Source: Escherichia coli
Lineage (GTDB): Bacteria > Pseudomonadota > Gammaproteobacteria > Enterobacterales > Enterobacteriaceae
Assembly: GCF_044324785.1 (NCBI RefSeq)
Contig: NZ_CP172127.1
DNA: 64,000 nt
Reading direction: 5' to 3' (one strand)
Below are positions 34,690 through 48,636 of this stretch, in pieces (positions within the stretch are counted from its first letter, which is position 1; every line of letters starts with the position of its first letter). A program made the position numbers and the translations under genes. The notes under the pieces were generated by a model. That model was not told the DNA's origin, searched no databases, and was given only the letters and a program-made list of their open reading frames with translations.

Positions 34690-36840
34690 TTAACGCCGCC
34701 GACGGCGTGGGGATTTCGTTTTTTCTTTCTTTTTAACTATACCTTCAGGGACTTCCGGTTGCTCTATCGGAAATACCGGTAATGCATCCAGTAGCCGCTT
34801 GCCATAATTTTTGGTCAGCAAGCGTTTGTCGTAAATCACCACTTCGCCCCAGCAACCGTGGCTTCGAATCAGTCGCCCAACCTGCTGAATCAGGTTAAAC
34901 GAGGCGCTCGGCAGGCTTTGCACCTCAAACGGATAGCGGTTGAGGCTTTTCAGCCATTCTCCTTCGGTGATCACCACCGGGCTGTCGATGGGCGGAAAAG
35001 CGATTTTGTGGATATGCACCTGGCTGAGCAGATCGCCTTTCAAATCAAGCCCTTCGGCAAATGACTGCAAGCCCACCAGCACGCTACGCTCACCGTTGGC
35101 AACGCGTTTGCGGTGCAGTTCAACTAAACGGTAACGCGGCTGATCGCCCTGCACCAGCAACATCAGGCGTAAATCCGTCACATAGTCGAGAAACCGCTGC
35201 ATCGCCCGTCCGCTGGCAAACAGTACCAACATACCGAGATGTTTTTTGCTCTCCACCTGTTTACGGAAAAAGGCCGCCATTTCGGCAATGTGCTGCTCTT
35301 CGTTGTCGATGGAAGGCTCAACGCGCATCCGGGGAATAACAATTTTGCCCTGTTCGCAGTGGTTAAAGGGCGAATCCAGCGCCACAAAGCGGTCGCCCGC
35401 TTTCTCTTTCAGCCCGCTCATCTCCTGCAAACGCGAAAAACTGTTCAGCGAACGCAAGGTTGCGGAAGTGACAATAATGTGCGGAATACTGCGCCACAGC
35501 AGCCTTTCCAGCTGATCGCTGACACGAATACCCACGCAGTGAAACCAGAGATGCAGCTGCCCTTCGCGCTCTTCCCGCGTCGCCCATTTGGTCACCGGCG
35601 CACCGGAAGATTGCGCCAGAGACGCCAGCCGCCAGAGTTTGCTTTGCGCCTCGAACATCCCCAGCGCGCGGTTCATCTGCAAAATCAACCGATGCAGACG
35701 TACAATGTCATGGCTGCCGGTTTTCTCACTTAAATCGTTAAGAAATAACTCCGCCAGACCACGCAGCATCTCGGTGAGTTTTGCCAGCCGTTGGCAGATC
35801 TCCAGCACTTCATCAGGCAGTTCGCCCATCGCAAAACGGTGCTCTGCCTCCTGCCCGGCAGGCATGTAGAGGTTGAGAATGTTGTTTAACGAGGCGATAA
35901 GCTCATACAACTCTTCACAATGGGCATTCAAACGCTCGGGGATCGCCAGCGGAGGGATGGTCTTCGGGCGAAACTGCTCCATACAGGTAGCGACCAGTTT
36001 CGTGAACAAGTCCAGCTGTAGCCGATACCAGGGCGCGGTGATTTCGGCGCTCATCTCCAGCGCATCCCGTGCCACATCCGGCAGGTGATGACCTTCGTCC
36101 AGCACCAGCAGTAAATTTTTCGGGTCAGGCAATACGGCTTCGCTTTCCATCGCCGCCATCACCAGCGCATGGTTTGCCACTACAACTTCCGCTTCCTGAA
36201 TTTCCCGACGAGCGACAAAAAACGGGCATTCGCGATAGTAATAACAGTTGCGGTTGAGGCAGCTGGCTTTGTCGGTACTCAACCGACGCCAGAGATCATC
36301 ATCAATGGCGATATCCGTATGATCGCGCAGACCATCCCATTTATAAGTGTCGAGATCGCCCTTCAACTTTGCACAACGCTTTTGCTCTTCCTGATTGTTC
36401 GGCGTCAGCTCGTCGTCAAGAAACGCCAGCAGATCCTGTTGCGTGGGTTCAGTACTGGCAAGCGCTGTCAGATTACGCGGGCAAACGTAGCGCCCACGCC
36501 CAAAAGCGGCAGTGAATTTAAGATCGGGAATGATCTTTTTCAGCAATGGTAAATCTTTGCTGTAGATCTGATCCTGCAACGCCACGTTGGCGGTACTCAC
36601 CACCAACGTTTTTTGCTCTTCGCGGGCAATGGCGATGCCGGGAATCAAATAGGAGAGCGTTTTCCCAACGCCGGTGGGTGCTTCAATCGCCAGATGCCGC
36701 CCTTCTTCTCCGGCCAGCGTTTTGGCGACGTCCGCAATCATCTGCCGCTGCGGCGCACGGGGAATAAAGTCGGGGATCTGTTCCTGAAGCGCCTTATACC
36801 AGGCGGCAATTTGCGCTTTAAGCGCGGCGGTTAATGCCAT
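34690..36840 (-). CDS. dinG: ATP-dependent DNA helicase DinG (Fe-S, XPD-like)
   Basis: 716 aa with Walker A APTGVGKT, DEGH box and Cys cluster. Recognised as DinG. Confidence 0.95.
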   Translation of the reverse strand: MALTAALKAQIAAWYKALQEQIPDFIPRAPQRQMIADVAKTLAGEEGRHLAIEAPTGVGKTLSYLIPGIAIAREEQKTLVVSTANVALQDQIYSKDLPLLKKIIPDLKFTAAFGRGRYVCPRNLTALASTEPTQQDLLAFLDDELTPNNQEEQKRCAKLKGDLDTYKWDGLRDHTDIAIDDDLWRRLSTDKASCLNRNCYYYRECPFFVARREIQEAEVVVANHALVMAAMESEAVLPDPKNLLLVLDEGHHLPDVARDALEMSAEITAPWYRLQLDLFTKLVATCMEQFRPKTIPPLAIPERLNAHCEELYELIASLNNILNLYMPAGQEAEHRFAMGELPDEVLEICQRLAKLTEMLRGLAELFLNDLSEKTGSHDIVRLHRLILQMNRALGMFEAQSKLWRLASLAQSSGAPVTKWATREEREGQLHLWFHCVGIRVSDQLERLLWRSIPHIIVTSATLRSLNSFSRLQEMSGLKEKAGDRFVALDSPFNHCEQGKIVIPRMRVEPSIDNEEQHIAEMAAFFRKQVESKKHLGMLVLFASGRAMQRFLDYVTDLRLMLLVQGDQPRYRLVELHRKRVANGERSVLVGLQSFAEGLDLKGDLLSQVHIHKIAFPPIDSPVVITEGEWLKSLNRYPFEVQSLPSASFNLIQQVGRLIRSHGCWGEVVIYDKRLLTKNYGKRLLDALPVFPIEQPEVPEGIVKKKEKTKSPRRRRR

Positions 36841-36854
36841 GAGAAAACCTGAAA

Positions 36855-36874
36855 TACTGTATAAACAGCCAATA
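36855..36874. promoter_or_regulatory. LexA (SOS) box of dinG
   Basis: The minus-strand reading TATTGGCTGTTTATACAGTA is the non-canonical dinG SOS box as I recall it. It begins 15 nt upstream of the dinG ATG. Confidence 0.7.
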
Positions 36875-37010
36875 TTGTGGCATTTTTCGGTTTTCAGGGG
36901 TAATGGTTTTTCTGTTTCTGGAAAGCGGCTCGCAATAACGTTTTCTGGAAGTGAGATTTTCCCGCAGCAGAAGAAACATCATTGCGTAGTAAAAGACAAT
37001 GCACGCAGGC

Positions 37011-37292
37011 TTATTGCGCTGGTGGCCATTGCAGGGCGGTATGCAAAACACGCAGTACCGAGAGCGTATCGCCCTCCACTTGGTAGATCAGCACATAATG
37101 CGGTCTGACAACGGCTTCATGAGTGCCAGCGACTCGTCCGGCCCGATACATCTGCGGGCGTTCACAAACCTGTTCCGCAATGGCTTCAAATTGATTATCA
37201 AGGGCAATTGCCGCTTGCGGATTATCTTTACTGATGTATACCATGATTTGCTCCCTGTCAGACAGGGACATTGGCTTCCATTCCAGACGCAT
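37011..37292 (-). CDS. RelE/ParE-superfamily type II toxin (93 aa)
   Basis: MRLEWKPMSLSDREQIMVYISKDNPQAAIALDNQFEAIAEQVCERPQMYRAGRVAGTHEAVVRPHYVLIYQVEGDTLSVLRVLHTA has the ParE-like length and motif pattern. Its start codon overlaps the stop of the upstream ORF (TAATG). Confidence 0.8.
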   Translation of the reverse strand: MRLEWKPMSLSDREQIMVYISKDNPQAAIALDNQFEAIAEQVCERPQMYRAGRVAGTHEAVVRPHYVLIYQVEGDTLSVLRVLHTALQWPPAQ

Positions 37293-37732
37293 TAATCCCC
37301 CTTCAACAAGGCTTTTTTACGGGCAGCAAATAGACTTTTGGCCTCTTCATGAGAGAGCGCTGGGCGTGGATCGTCAATGGCGGCCTGCACCTGCTCTCGA
37401 AACCAGGCATCATACGCGGCAGCTTCATGAGCTCGTTTTAATGCCTCTGCCCTGTCAGGTCGGGTCGTTTTCTTCTGACCATCCGGGTCGTAATTAGAGG
37501 CGTCGACTTCAAACCGGGCAATACCAACATCTTTCAGGTAGTTGACAACCGTTTCCAGCCGTTTGAACAGGCGGATTTGCCGACTGCGTTGTGCTGCAAG
37601 AGGCCGTTCAGTGTGGCCGTATTTCACGGTCAACGACCAGCCTCCCTGGGTGCCAATAACGTGTGCTGCATCCACTACGCCAGACTCAACCAGTTTATGT
37701 AAGGTTGAGTGATCGATCGTTTCTGGTGCCAT
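37292..37732 (-). CDS. Putative antitoxin, 146 aa. An N-terminal domain of about 90 aa that I cannot place is followed by a C-terminal ParE-antitoxin-like segment.
   Basis: Translationally coupled upstream partner of the toxin. The C-terminal YDAWFREQVQAAIDDPRPALSHEEAKSLFAARKKAL resembles the 'stability determinant'/YacA-type ParE antitoxins I recall. RBS AAGAGG is present. Confidence 0.6.
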   Translation of the reverse strand: MAPETIDHSTLHKLVESGVVDAAHVIGTQGGWSLTVKYGHTERPLAAQRSRQIRLFKRLETVVNYLKDVGIARFEVDASNYDPDGQKKTTRPDRAEALKRAHEAAAYDAWFREQVQAAIDDPRPALSHEEAKSLFAARKKALLKGD

Positions 37733-37768
37733 AATGCGCTAACCTCTTTGTATACAGCATGCAATTTA

Positions 37769-37812
37769 TAATTAAAGATAGCGCAATTAATAATTAAAGA
37801 TAGCGCAATTAA
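37769..37812. repeat. Exact 22-bp tandem direct repeat x2 (TAATTAAAGATAGCGCAATTAA) in the promoter region of the toxin-antitoxin operon
   Basis: 37769..37790 and 37791..37812 are identical. They are bracketed by the inverted 8-mers GCAATTTA (37761..37768) and TAAATTGC (37816..37823). The repeat starts 37 nt upstream of the antitoxin ATG. Confidence 0.9.
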
Positions 37813-37909
37813 TAATAAATTGCATTTTTTGATCGTAAATTGTCCAGGGTGAAATTGCGGTAGAAAGAGACTTGTTGCGAAGATGCCGGGCATCGCCCGG
37901 CATAAAAAG

Positions 37910-39271
37910 TTACTGCGCAGCGGCAGGTTTACGCGGACGGCGGCGACGTTGTTGTTCGCCTGCCGGTTTGGCATCGCCGAGACGACGAGACGGTTTTTCT
38001 GCAGGTTTTGCGCTTGCAGATTTTGCACCACCTTCAGCGCGGCGTGGTTGCTGTTGACCGCGACCACCGCCTTGTCCACGACCGCCGCCACGTTGCTGGC
38101 GACCATTCTGGATCGGTTCGGCTTTGATTGACGGGTCCGGCTCATAGCCCGGAATCGCAATGCGCGGGATCTCTTTTTTCAGCAGTTTTTCGATATCACG
38201 CAGCAGTTTGTGTTCATCCACACACACCAGCGATAACGCTTCACCGGTGGCTGCGGCACGACCGGTACGCCCGATACGGTGGACATAATCTTCCGGTACG
38301 TTTGGCAGTTCATAGTTGACCACGTGCGGCAGCTCTTCAATATCCAGGCCGCGCGCAGCGATGTCAGTTGCCACCAGTACACGAATATCGCCCGATTTAA
38401 AATCGGCCAGCGCACGGGTACGCGCACCTTGCGATTTATTACCGTGGATCGCCGCACTGCGGATGCCATCTTTATTGAGCTGTTCAGCCAGATGGTTAGC
38501 GCCATGTTTGGTACGGGTAAACACCAGCACCTGCTGCCAGTTCCCTTTCCCAATCATGTGCGACAGCAATTCGCGTTTGCGTTTCTTATCAACAAAGTGA
38601 ACATGCTGGGTCACCTGATCAGACGCGGTATTGCGGCGTGCCACTTCGATTTCCAGCGGGTTGTGCAGCAGTTTTTCCGCCAGGTTTTTAATATCGTCAG
38701 AGAAAGTGGCGGAGAACAACAGGTTCTGGCGCTTCGCTGGCAGCTTAGTCAACACACGACGGATATCGTGGATAAAGCCCATATCGAGCATGCGGTCAGC
38801 TTCATCGAGGACGAGAATTTCAACCTGATCCAGCTTCACTGCATTCTGATGTTCCAGGTCCAGCAAACGTCCCGGCGTTGCCACCAGCACATCAACGCCA
38901 CCGCGCAGCTTCATCATCTGCGGGTTGATGCTGACGCCACCAAACACCACCAGCGAACGAATGTTCAGGTATTTGCTGTAATCACGGACGTTTTCGCCAA
39001 TCTGCGCCGCCAGTTCACGGGTCGGGGTAAGAATGAGCGCACGTACCGGACGACGCCCTTTGGCGTGCGGCTGGCGAGTGATCAGGTGTTGCAACAGCGG
39101 CAGCGTAAAGCCCGCTGTTTTGCCGGTACCGGTCTGGGCACTGGCCATCAGGTCGCGGCCCTCCAGCACCGCAGGGATCGCCTGCTGCTGAATAGGGGTG
39201 GGTTCACGGTAACCCTGCTCGGCAACGGCGCGCAGGATATCAGGGCTTAAACCCAAAGAATCGAAAGACAT
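37910..39271 (-). CDS. rhlE: DEAD-box ATP-dependent RNA helicase
   Basis: Q motif, [23 protein letters not shown] and a basic RGG-rich tail. Recognised as RhlE. Confidence 0.95.
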   Translation of the reverse strand: MSFDSLGLSPDILRAVAEQGYREPTPIQQQAIPAVLEGRDLMASAQTGTGKTAGFTLPLLQHLITRQPHAKGRRPVRALILTPTRELAAQIGENVRDYSKYLNIRSLVVFGGVSINPQMMKLRGGVDVLVATPGRLLDLEHQNAVKLDQVEILVLDEADRMLDMGFIHDIRRVLTKLPAKRQNLLFSATFSDDIKNLAEKLLHNPLEIEVARRNTASDQVTQHVHFVDKKRKRELLSHMIGKGNWQQVLVFTRTKHGANHLAEQLNKDGIRSAAIHGNKSQGARTRALADFKSGDIRVLVATDIAARGLDIEELPHVVNYELPNVPEDYVHRIGRTGRAAATGEALSLVCVDEHKLLRDIEKLLKKEIPRIAIPGYEPDPSIKAEPIQNGRQQRGGGRGQGGGRGQQQPRRAEGGAKSASAKPAEKPSRRLGDAKPAGEQQRRRRPRKPAAAQ

Positions 39272-39499
39272 AACTACTCCGAACCGCCCCGACCGTTACC
39301 GGTGTAGTTTTCAGGGAGATACTGAAAAGGAAAATGACAAAAACCACAATGTCATGAGGGAGCGGAGTGTAGCAGTTTTTGTGACGCAGCGCATAAATTA
39401 TCCCTGTGACTGGCGTAGCTAAAATTCTTAGCCATACTGGACAACTCCCCTATGGAGTCATAATCTTAATCAATCATTTGATTAAGAATGGACTGTGTG

Positions 39500-42890
<3,391 letters not shown>

Positions 42891-42898
<8 letters not shown>

Positions 42899-44024
42899 TC
42901 CGATCCTGTCCTGGCGTCGCGTGCGGGCACTGTGCGTCAAAGAGACGCGGCAGATCGTTCGCGATCCGAGTAGCTGGCTGATTGCGGTGGTGATCCCGCT
43001 GCTACTGCTGTTTATTTTTGGTTACGGCATTAACCTCGACTCCAGCAAGCTGCGGGTCGGGATTTTACTGGAACAGCGTAGCGAAGCGGCGCTGGATTTC
43101 ACCCACACCATGACCGGTTCGCCCTACATCGACGCCACCATCAGCGATAACCGTCAGGAATTGATCGCCAAAATGCAGGCAGGGAAAATTCGCGGTCTGG
43201 TGGTTATTCCCGTGGATTTCGCCGAACAGATGGAGCGCGCCAACGCCACCGCACCGATTCAGGTGATCACCGACGGCAGTGAGCCGAATACCGCTAACTT
43301 TGTGCAGGGGTATGTCGAAGGGATCTGGCAGATCTGGCAAATGCAGCGGGCGGAGGATAACGGGCAGACTTTTGAGCCGCTTATTGATGTACAAACCCGC
43401 TACTGGTTTAACCCGGCGGCAATAAGCCAGCACTTTATTATCCCCGGTGCGGTGACCATTATCATGACGGTCATCGGCGCGATCCTCACCTCGCTGGTGG
43501 TGGCGCGAGAATGGGAACGCGGCACCATGGAGGCTCTGCTCTCTACGGAGATTACCCGCACGGAACTGCTGCTGTGTAAGCTGATCCCTTATTACTTTCT
43601 CGGGATGCTGGCGATGTTGCTGTGTATGCTGGTGTCAGTGTTTATTCTCGGCGTACCGTATCGCGGTTCGCTGCTGATTCTGTTTTTTATCTCCAGCCTG
43701 TTTTTACTCAGTACCCTGGGGATGGGGCTGCTGATTTCCACGATAACCCGCAACCAGTTCAATGCCGCTCAGGTCGCTCTGAACGCGGCTTTTCTGCCGT
43801 CGATTATGCTTTCCGGCTTTATTTTTCAAATCGACAGTATGCCCGCGGTGATCCGCGCGGTGACGTACATTATTCCCGCTCGTTATTTCGTCAGCACCCT
43901 GCAAAGCCTGTTCCTCGCCGGGAATATTCCAGTGGTGCTGGTGGTAAACGTGCTGTTTTTGATCGCTTCGGCGGTGATGTTTATCGGCCTGACGTGGCTG
44001 AAAACCAAACGTCGGCTGGATTAG
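42891..44024 (+). CDS. ybhS: ABC-2 type transporter permease
   Basis: [28 protein letters not shown]... recognised as YbhS. Confidence 0.9.
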
Positions 44025-44034
44025 GGAGAAGAGC

Positions 44035-45141
44035 ATGTTTCATCGCTTATGGACGTTAATCCGCAAAGAGTTGCAGTCGCTGCTGCGCGAACCGCAAACC
44101 CGTGCGATTCTGATTTTACCCGTGCTGATTCAGGTGATCCTGTTCCCGTTCGCCGCCACGCTGGAAGTGACTAACGCCACCATCGCCATCTACGATGAAG
44201 ATAACGGCGAGCACTCGGTAGAACTTACTCAACGTTTTGCCCGCGCCAGCGCCTTTACCCATGTGCTGCTACTGAAAAGCCCGCAGGAGATCCGCCCGAC
44301 CATCGACACGCAAAAGGCGTTACTACTGGTACGTTTCCCGGCTGACTTCTCGCGCAAACTGGATACCTTCCAGACCGCGCCGTTGCAGTTGATCCTCGAC
44401 GGGCGTAACTCCAACAGTGCGCAAATTGCCGCTAACTACCTGCAACAGATCGTCAAAAATTATCAGCAGGAGCTGCTGGAAGGAAAACCGAAACCCAACA
44501 ACAGCGAGCTGGTAGTACGCAACTGGTATAACCCGAATCTCGACTACAAATGGTTTGTGGTGCCGTCGCTGATCGCCATGATCACCACTATCGGCGTAAT
44601 GATCGTCACTTCACTTTCTGTCGCCCGCGAACGTGAACAAGGTACGCTCGATCAGTTACTGGTCTCACCGCTCACTACCTGGCAGATCTTCATCGGCAAA
44701 GCCGTACCGGCATTAATTGTCGCCACCTTCCAGGCCACCATTGTGCTGGCGATTGGTATCTGGGCGTATCAAATCCCCTTCGCCGGATCGCTGGCGCTGT
44801 TCTACTTTACGATGGTGATTTACGGTTTATCGCTGGTGGGATTCGGTCTGTTGATTTCATCACTCTGCTCGACACAACAGCAGGCGTTTATCGGCGTGTT
44901 TGTTTTTATGATGCCCGCCATTCTCCTTTCCGGTTACGTTTCTCCGGTGGAAAACATGCCAGTATGGCTGCAAAACCTGACGTGGATTAACCCTATTCGC
45001 CACTTTACGGACATTACCAAGCAGATTTATTTGAAGGATGCGAGTCTGGATATTGTGTGGAATAGTTTGTGGCCGCTACTGGTGATAACGGCCACGACAG
45101 GGTCAGCGGCGTACGCGATGTTTAGACGTAAGGTGATGTAA
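44035..45141 (+). CDS. ybhR: ABC-2 type transporter permease
   Basis: [30 protein letters not shown]... recognised as YbhR. Confidence 0.9.
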
Positions 45142-45513
45142 CTTCTTATCTTTCGCCAGCAAAGACACTACCGCCGGGCCGGCAAGGATTGCCAGCCCTG
45201 CAATTGCCAGCAAAAAGTTGTTTTCCAGTACGCGGGACAACAGCCACAGCACAATCAGCGCTGCGCCAAAATACCAGGTCGTAGTCAGCTCTTCCAGCAC
45301 GTCTGCCACCTCACGCCAGCGTTGCTCGGGGTGGCGCTGAAACACCAGCATCATCACTACCGTGACACAATACAGTGCGCATAATCCCACGCCGACGTGA
45401 ACCAGAGTCTTACTCATCCAGCCCACCACCAGCAGCGCCACTACCAGTAAATGCAACATAATCTGCCAGCAACTTAGACCCGTTGCGACACGAACACGTT
45501 GTTGCCACTTCAT
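45103..45513 (-). CDS. ybhQ: Small inner-membrane protein (136 aa)
   Basis: Four predicted TM helices. Recognised as YbhQ. Its 3' end overlaps the ybhR 3' end (convergent). Confidence 0.85.
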
Positions 45514-45645
45514 GGCTTCTCTCCTGAAGAATTTATCTCTACTTACTCAGAGTACCGAACTTTACGGAAAATTCCGTAAGACCGCACCTTTTTGTGACGC
45601 CGACTACACTATTTCAATGAGATAAGAGGCAAAGACAGGAAAATT

Positions 45646-46407
45646 ATGCCCGATCAAACACAACAATTTTCGTTCAAGGTGCTCACCATCAATATTCACA
45701 AAGGCTTTACCGCGTTTAACCGACGCTTCATTTTGCCGGAACTTCGCGACGCCGTGCGTACCGTCAGCGCCGATATTGTTTGCCTGCAGGAAGTGATGGG
45801 CGCGCACGAAGTTCATCCGCTGCATGTGGAAAACTGGCCCGATACTTCGCACTACGAGTTTCTCGCCGACACTATGTGGAGCGATTTTGCCTATGGTCGC
45901 AATGCCGTATACCCGGAAGGGCATCACGGTAACGCGGTTCTTTCACGTTATCCCATTGAACATTATGAGAATCGTGATGTTTCGGTCGATGGTGCGGAAA
46001 AGCGCGGCGTGCTCTACTGCCGCATTGTGCCGCCGATGACCGGGAAAGCGATTCATGTGATGTGTGTACATCTGGGCCTGCGTGAGGCGCACCGTCAGGC
46101 GCAGCTTGCGATGCTCGCCGAATGGGTGAATGAGCTGCCGGACGGCGAACCGGTATTGGTGGCGGGTGATTTCAACGACTGGCGGCAAAAAGCTAATCAT
46201 CCGTTAAAAGTGCAGGCCGGGCTGGATGAGATATTTACCCGCGCCCACGGACGCCCGGCGCGCACGTTTCCGGTGCAATTTCCTCTACTACGACTGGACA
46301 GGATCTACGTCAAAAATGCCAGCGCCAGCGCGCCAACCGCGTTGCCGCTGCGGACATGGCGACACCTTTCTGATCATGCCCCTTTAAGTGCGGAGATTCA
46401 TTTATGA
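45646..46407 (+). CDS. ybhP: Endonuclease/exonuclease/phosphatase-family protein
   Basis: 253 aa recognised as YbhP. ATGA overlap with clsB. Confidence 0.9.
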
Positions 46408-47645
46408 AATGTAGCTGGCGCGAAGGCAATAAGATCCAGTTGCTGGAAAACGGCGAGCAATATTATCCCGCGGTGTTTAAGGCGATTGGCGAGGCACAAG
46501 AACGCATCATTCTTGAAACGTTTATCTGGTTTGAGGATGACGTCGGCAAACAGCTGCATGCGGCGCTACTGGCAGCAGCGCAACGCGGGGTAAAAGCGGA
46601 AGTCTTGCTGGATGGCTACGGTTCGCCGGATCTCAGCGATGAGTTTGTCAATGAACTGACGGCAGCTGGCGTGGTGTTCCGCTACTACGATCCCCGCCCT
46701 CGCCTTTTTGGTATGCGCACCAATGTGTTTCGCCGGATGCATCGCAAAATTGTGGTGATCGACGCGCGTATTGCCTTTATTGGCGGGTTGAACTACTCCG
46801 CCGAGCATATGTCCAGCTACGGTCCGGAGGCTAAACAGGATTACGCGGTACGCCTCGAAGGGCCGATTGTCGAAGATATTCTCCAGTTTGAGCTGGAAAA
46901 CTTGCCAGGACAAAGCGCGGCACGACGCTGGTGGCGACGTCATCATAAAGCGGAAGAAAATCGCCAGCCGGGAGAAGCGCAGGTATTGCTGGTCTGGCGC
47001 GATAACGAAGAACATCGCGATGATATCGAACGCCACTATCTGAAAATGCTCACTCAGGCGCGGCGGGAAGTGATTATCGCCAACGCCTACTTCTTCCCCG
47101 GCTATCGATTTTTACACGCCTTGCGTAAAGCGGCACGGCGCGGGGTGCGGATCAAACTGATCATTCAGGGCGAACCGGATATGCCGATTGTCAGAGTCGG
47201 TGCACGCTTGCTGTATAACTATCTGGTTAAAGGCGGCGTTCAGGTGTTTGAGTACCGCCGCCGTCCGCTACATGGCAAAGTGGCATTGATGGACGATCAC
47301 TGGGCGACGGTAGGGTCCAGTAATCTCGATCCGCTCAGTTTGTCACTGAATCTCGAAGCAAATGTCATCATCCACGATCGTCATTTTAACCAGACGCTGC
47401 GTGATAATCTGAACGGCATTATCGCCGCAGACTGCCAGCAGGTGGATGAAACCATGCTGCCCAAACGCACCTGGTGGAATCTGACCAAAAGCGTGCTGGC
47501 GTTCCACTTTTTACGCCACTTCCCGGCGCTGGTCGGCTGGCTTCCGGCACACACACCACGTCTGGCGCAGGTTGACCCGCCCGCTCAGCCGACAATGGAA
47601 ACGCAGGATCGGGTAGAAACTGAAAACACGGGGGTAAAACCCTGA
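46404..47645 (+). CDS. clsB: Cardiolipin synthase B (PLD superfamily)
   Basis: Two HKD motifs ([22 protein letters not shown]). Recognised as YbhO/ClsB. Confidence 0.92.
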
Positions 47646-48601
47646 TGAGTAAATCACACCCGCGCTGGCGCTTAGCAAAGAAGATCCTCACCTGGCTGTT
47701 TTTTATCGCGGTGATTGTGTTGCTGGTGGTCTACGCCAAAAAGGTGGACTGGGAAGAGGTCTGGAAGGTCATCCGCGACTACAATCGCGTTGCGCTGCTT
47801 AGTGCGGTCGGGCTGGTGGTCGTCAGTTATCTGATTTACGGCTGCTATGACCTGCTCGCCCGCTTTTACTGCGGTCACAAACTGGCGAAGCGCCAGGTGA
47901 TGCTGGTGTCGTTTATCTGCTACGCCTTCAACCTGACGCTCAGTACCTGGGTCGGCGGCATTGGTATGCGCTATCGTTTGTACTCCCGGCTAGGGTTACC
48001 GGGCAGCACCATTACGCGGATTTTCTCGCTGAGTATTACCACCAACTGGCTGGGCTATATTTTACTGGCGGGGATTATCTTTACCGCGGGCGTGGTGGAG
48101 CTGCCGGATCACTGGTATGTCGATCAAACTACACTGCGTATTCTCGGCATTGGCTTATTGATGATTATCGCGGTTTATTTGTGGTTTTGCGCTTTCGCGA
48201 AGCACCGCCATATGACCATCAAAGGGCAAAAACTGGTGCTGCCTTCATGGAAATTTGCCCTCGCCCAGATGCTGATTTCCAGCGTTAACTGGATGGTAAT
48301 GGGAGCGATTATCTGGCTGTTACTCGGTCAAAGCGTAAACTATTTCTTTGTACTGGGTGTGTTGCTGGTTAGTAGCATTGCTGGCGTCATCGTGCATATT
48401 CCGGCGGGAATTGGTGTGCTGGAAGCGGTATTTATCGCGCTACTGGCTGGGGAGCATACCTCCAAAGGCACAATTATCGCCGCCCTGCTCGCTTACCGTG
48501 TGCTGTATTACTTTATCCCACTGCTGCTGGCGCTGATCTGTTACCTGCTACTGGAAAGTCAGGCGAAGAAGCTACGGGCGAAAAATGAAGCGGCGATGTG
48601 A
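47645..48601 (+). CDS. ybhN: UPF0104/LPG-synthase-TM-like inner-membrane protein
   Basis: 318-aa polytopic protein recognised as YbhN. Third gene of the ybhP-clsB-ybhN operon. Confidence 0.9.
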   Translation: MSKSHPRWRLAKKILTWLFFIAVIVLLVVYAKKVDWEEVWKVIRDYNRVALLSAVGLVVVSYLIYGCYDLLARFYCGHKLAKRQVMLVSFICYAFNLTLSTWVGGIGMRYRLYSRLGLPGSTITRIFSLSITTNWLGYILLAGIIFTAGVVELPDHWYVDQTTLRILGIGLLMIIAVYLWFCAFAKHRHMTIKGQKLVLPSWKFALAQMLISSVNWMVMGAIIWLLLGQSVNYFFVLGVLLVSSIAGVIVHIPAGIGVLEAVFIALLAGEHTSKGTIIAALLAYRVLYYFIPLLLALICYLLLESQAKKLRAKNEAAM

Positions 48602-48636
48602 AGTTTAGTTAAGTTCTTTAGTATGTGCATTTACGA

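Noticed and set aside
36818-37108. Short ORFs (77 aa minus, 89 aa plus) between dinG and the ParE-like gene, considered as a possible third TA component
   Set aside because: They overlap the dinG promoter/LexA box and the toxin gene, and have no RBS and no coding-like composition.
37883-37903. Hairpin ATGCCGGGC-atc-GCCCGGCAT next to the rhlE stop, considered as the rhlE terminator
   Set aside because: The T-run precedes rather than follows the stem in the rhlE transcript orientation, and the plus-strand side is followed by A's. It is a real hairpin, possibly REP-like, but I cannot support calling it an intrinsic terminator.
37675-38160. 161-aa minus-strand ORF spanning the TA promoter and the rhlE 3' end
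   Set aside because: It is out of frame with rhlE, runs through the AT-rich repeat region and a hairpin, and has no RBS. It is an artefact of the long stop-free basic tail region.
38279-39250. 323-aa ORF on the plus strand, one of the longest unassigned ORFs in the track
   Set aside because: It lies entirely antisense to rhlE. Its composition is shadow-frame-like (rich in R/Q/H/F, with no recognisable motif). rhlE on the other strand has all the DEAD-box motifs.
45103-45141. 39-nt convergent overlap of the ybhR and ybhQ 3' ends, and the 4-nt ybiO/rlmF stop-codon overlap at 26031..26034
   Set aside because: Both gene pairs are full length and, as far as I recall, arranged identically in K-12. 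These are native features, not anomalies.
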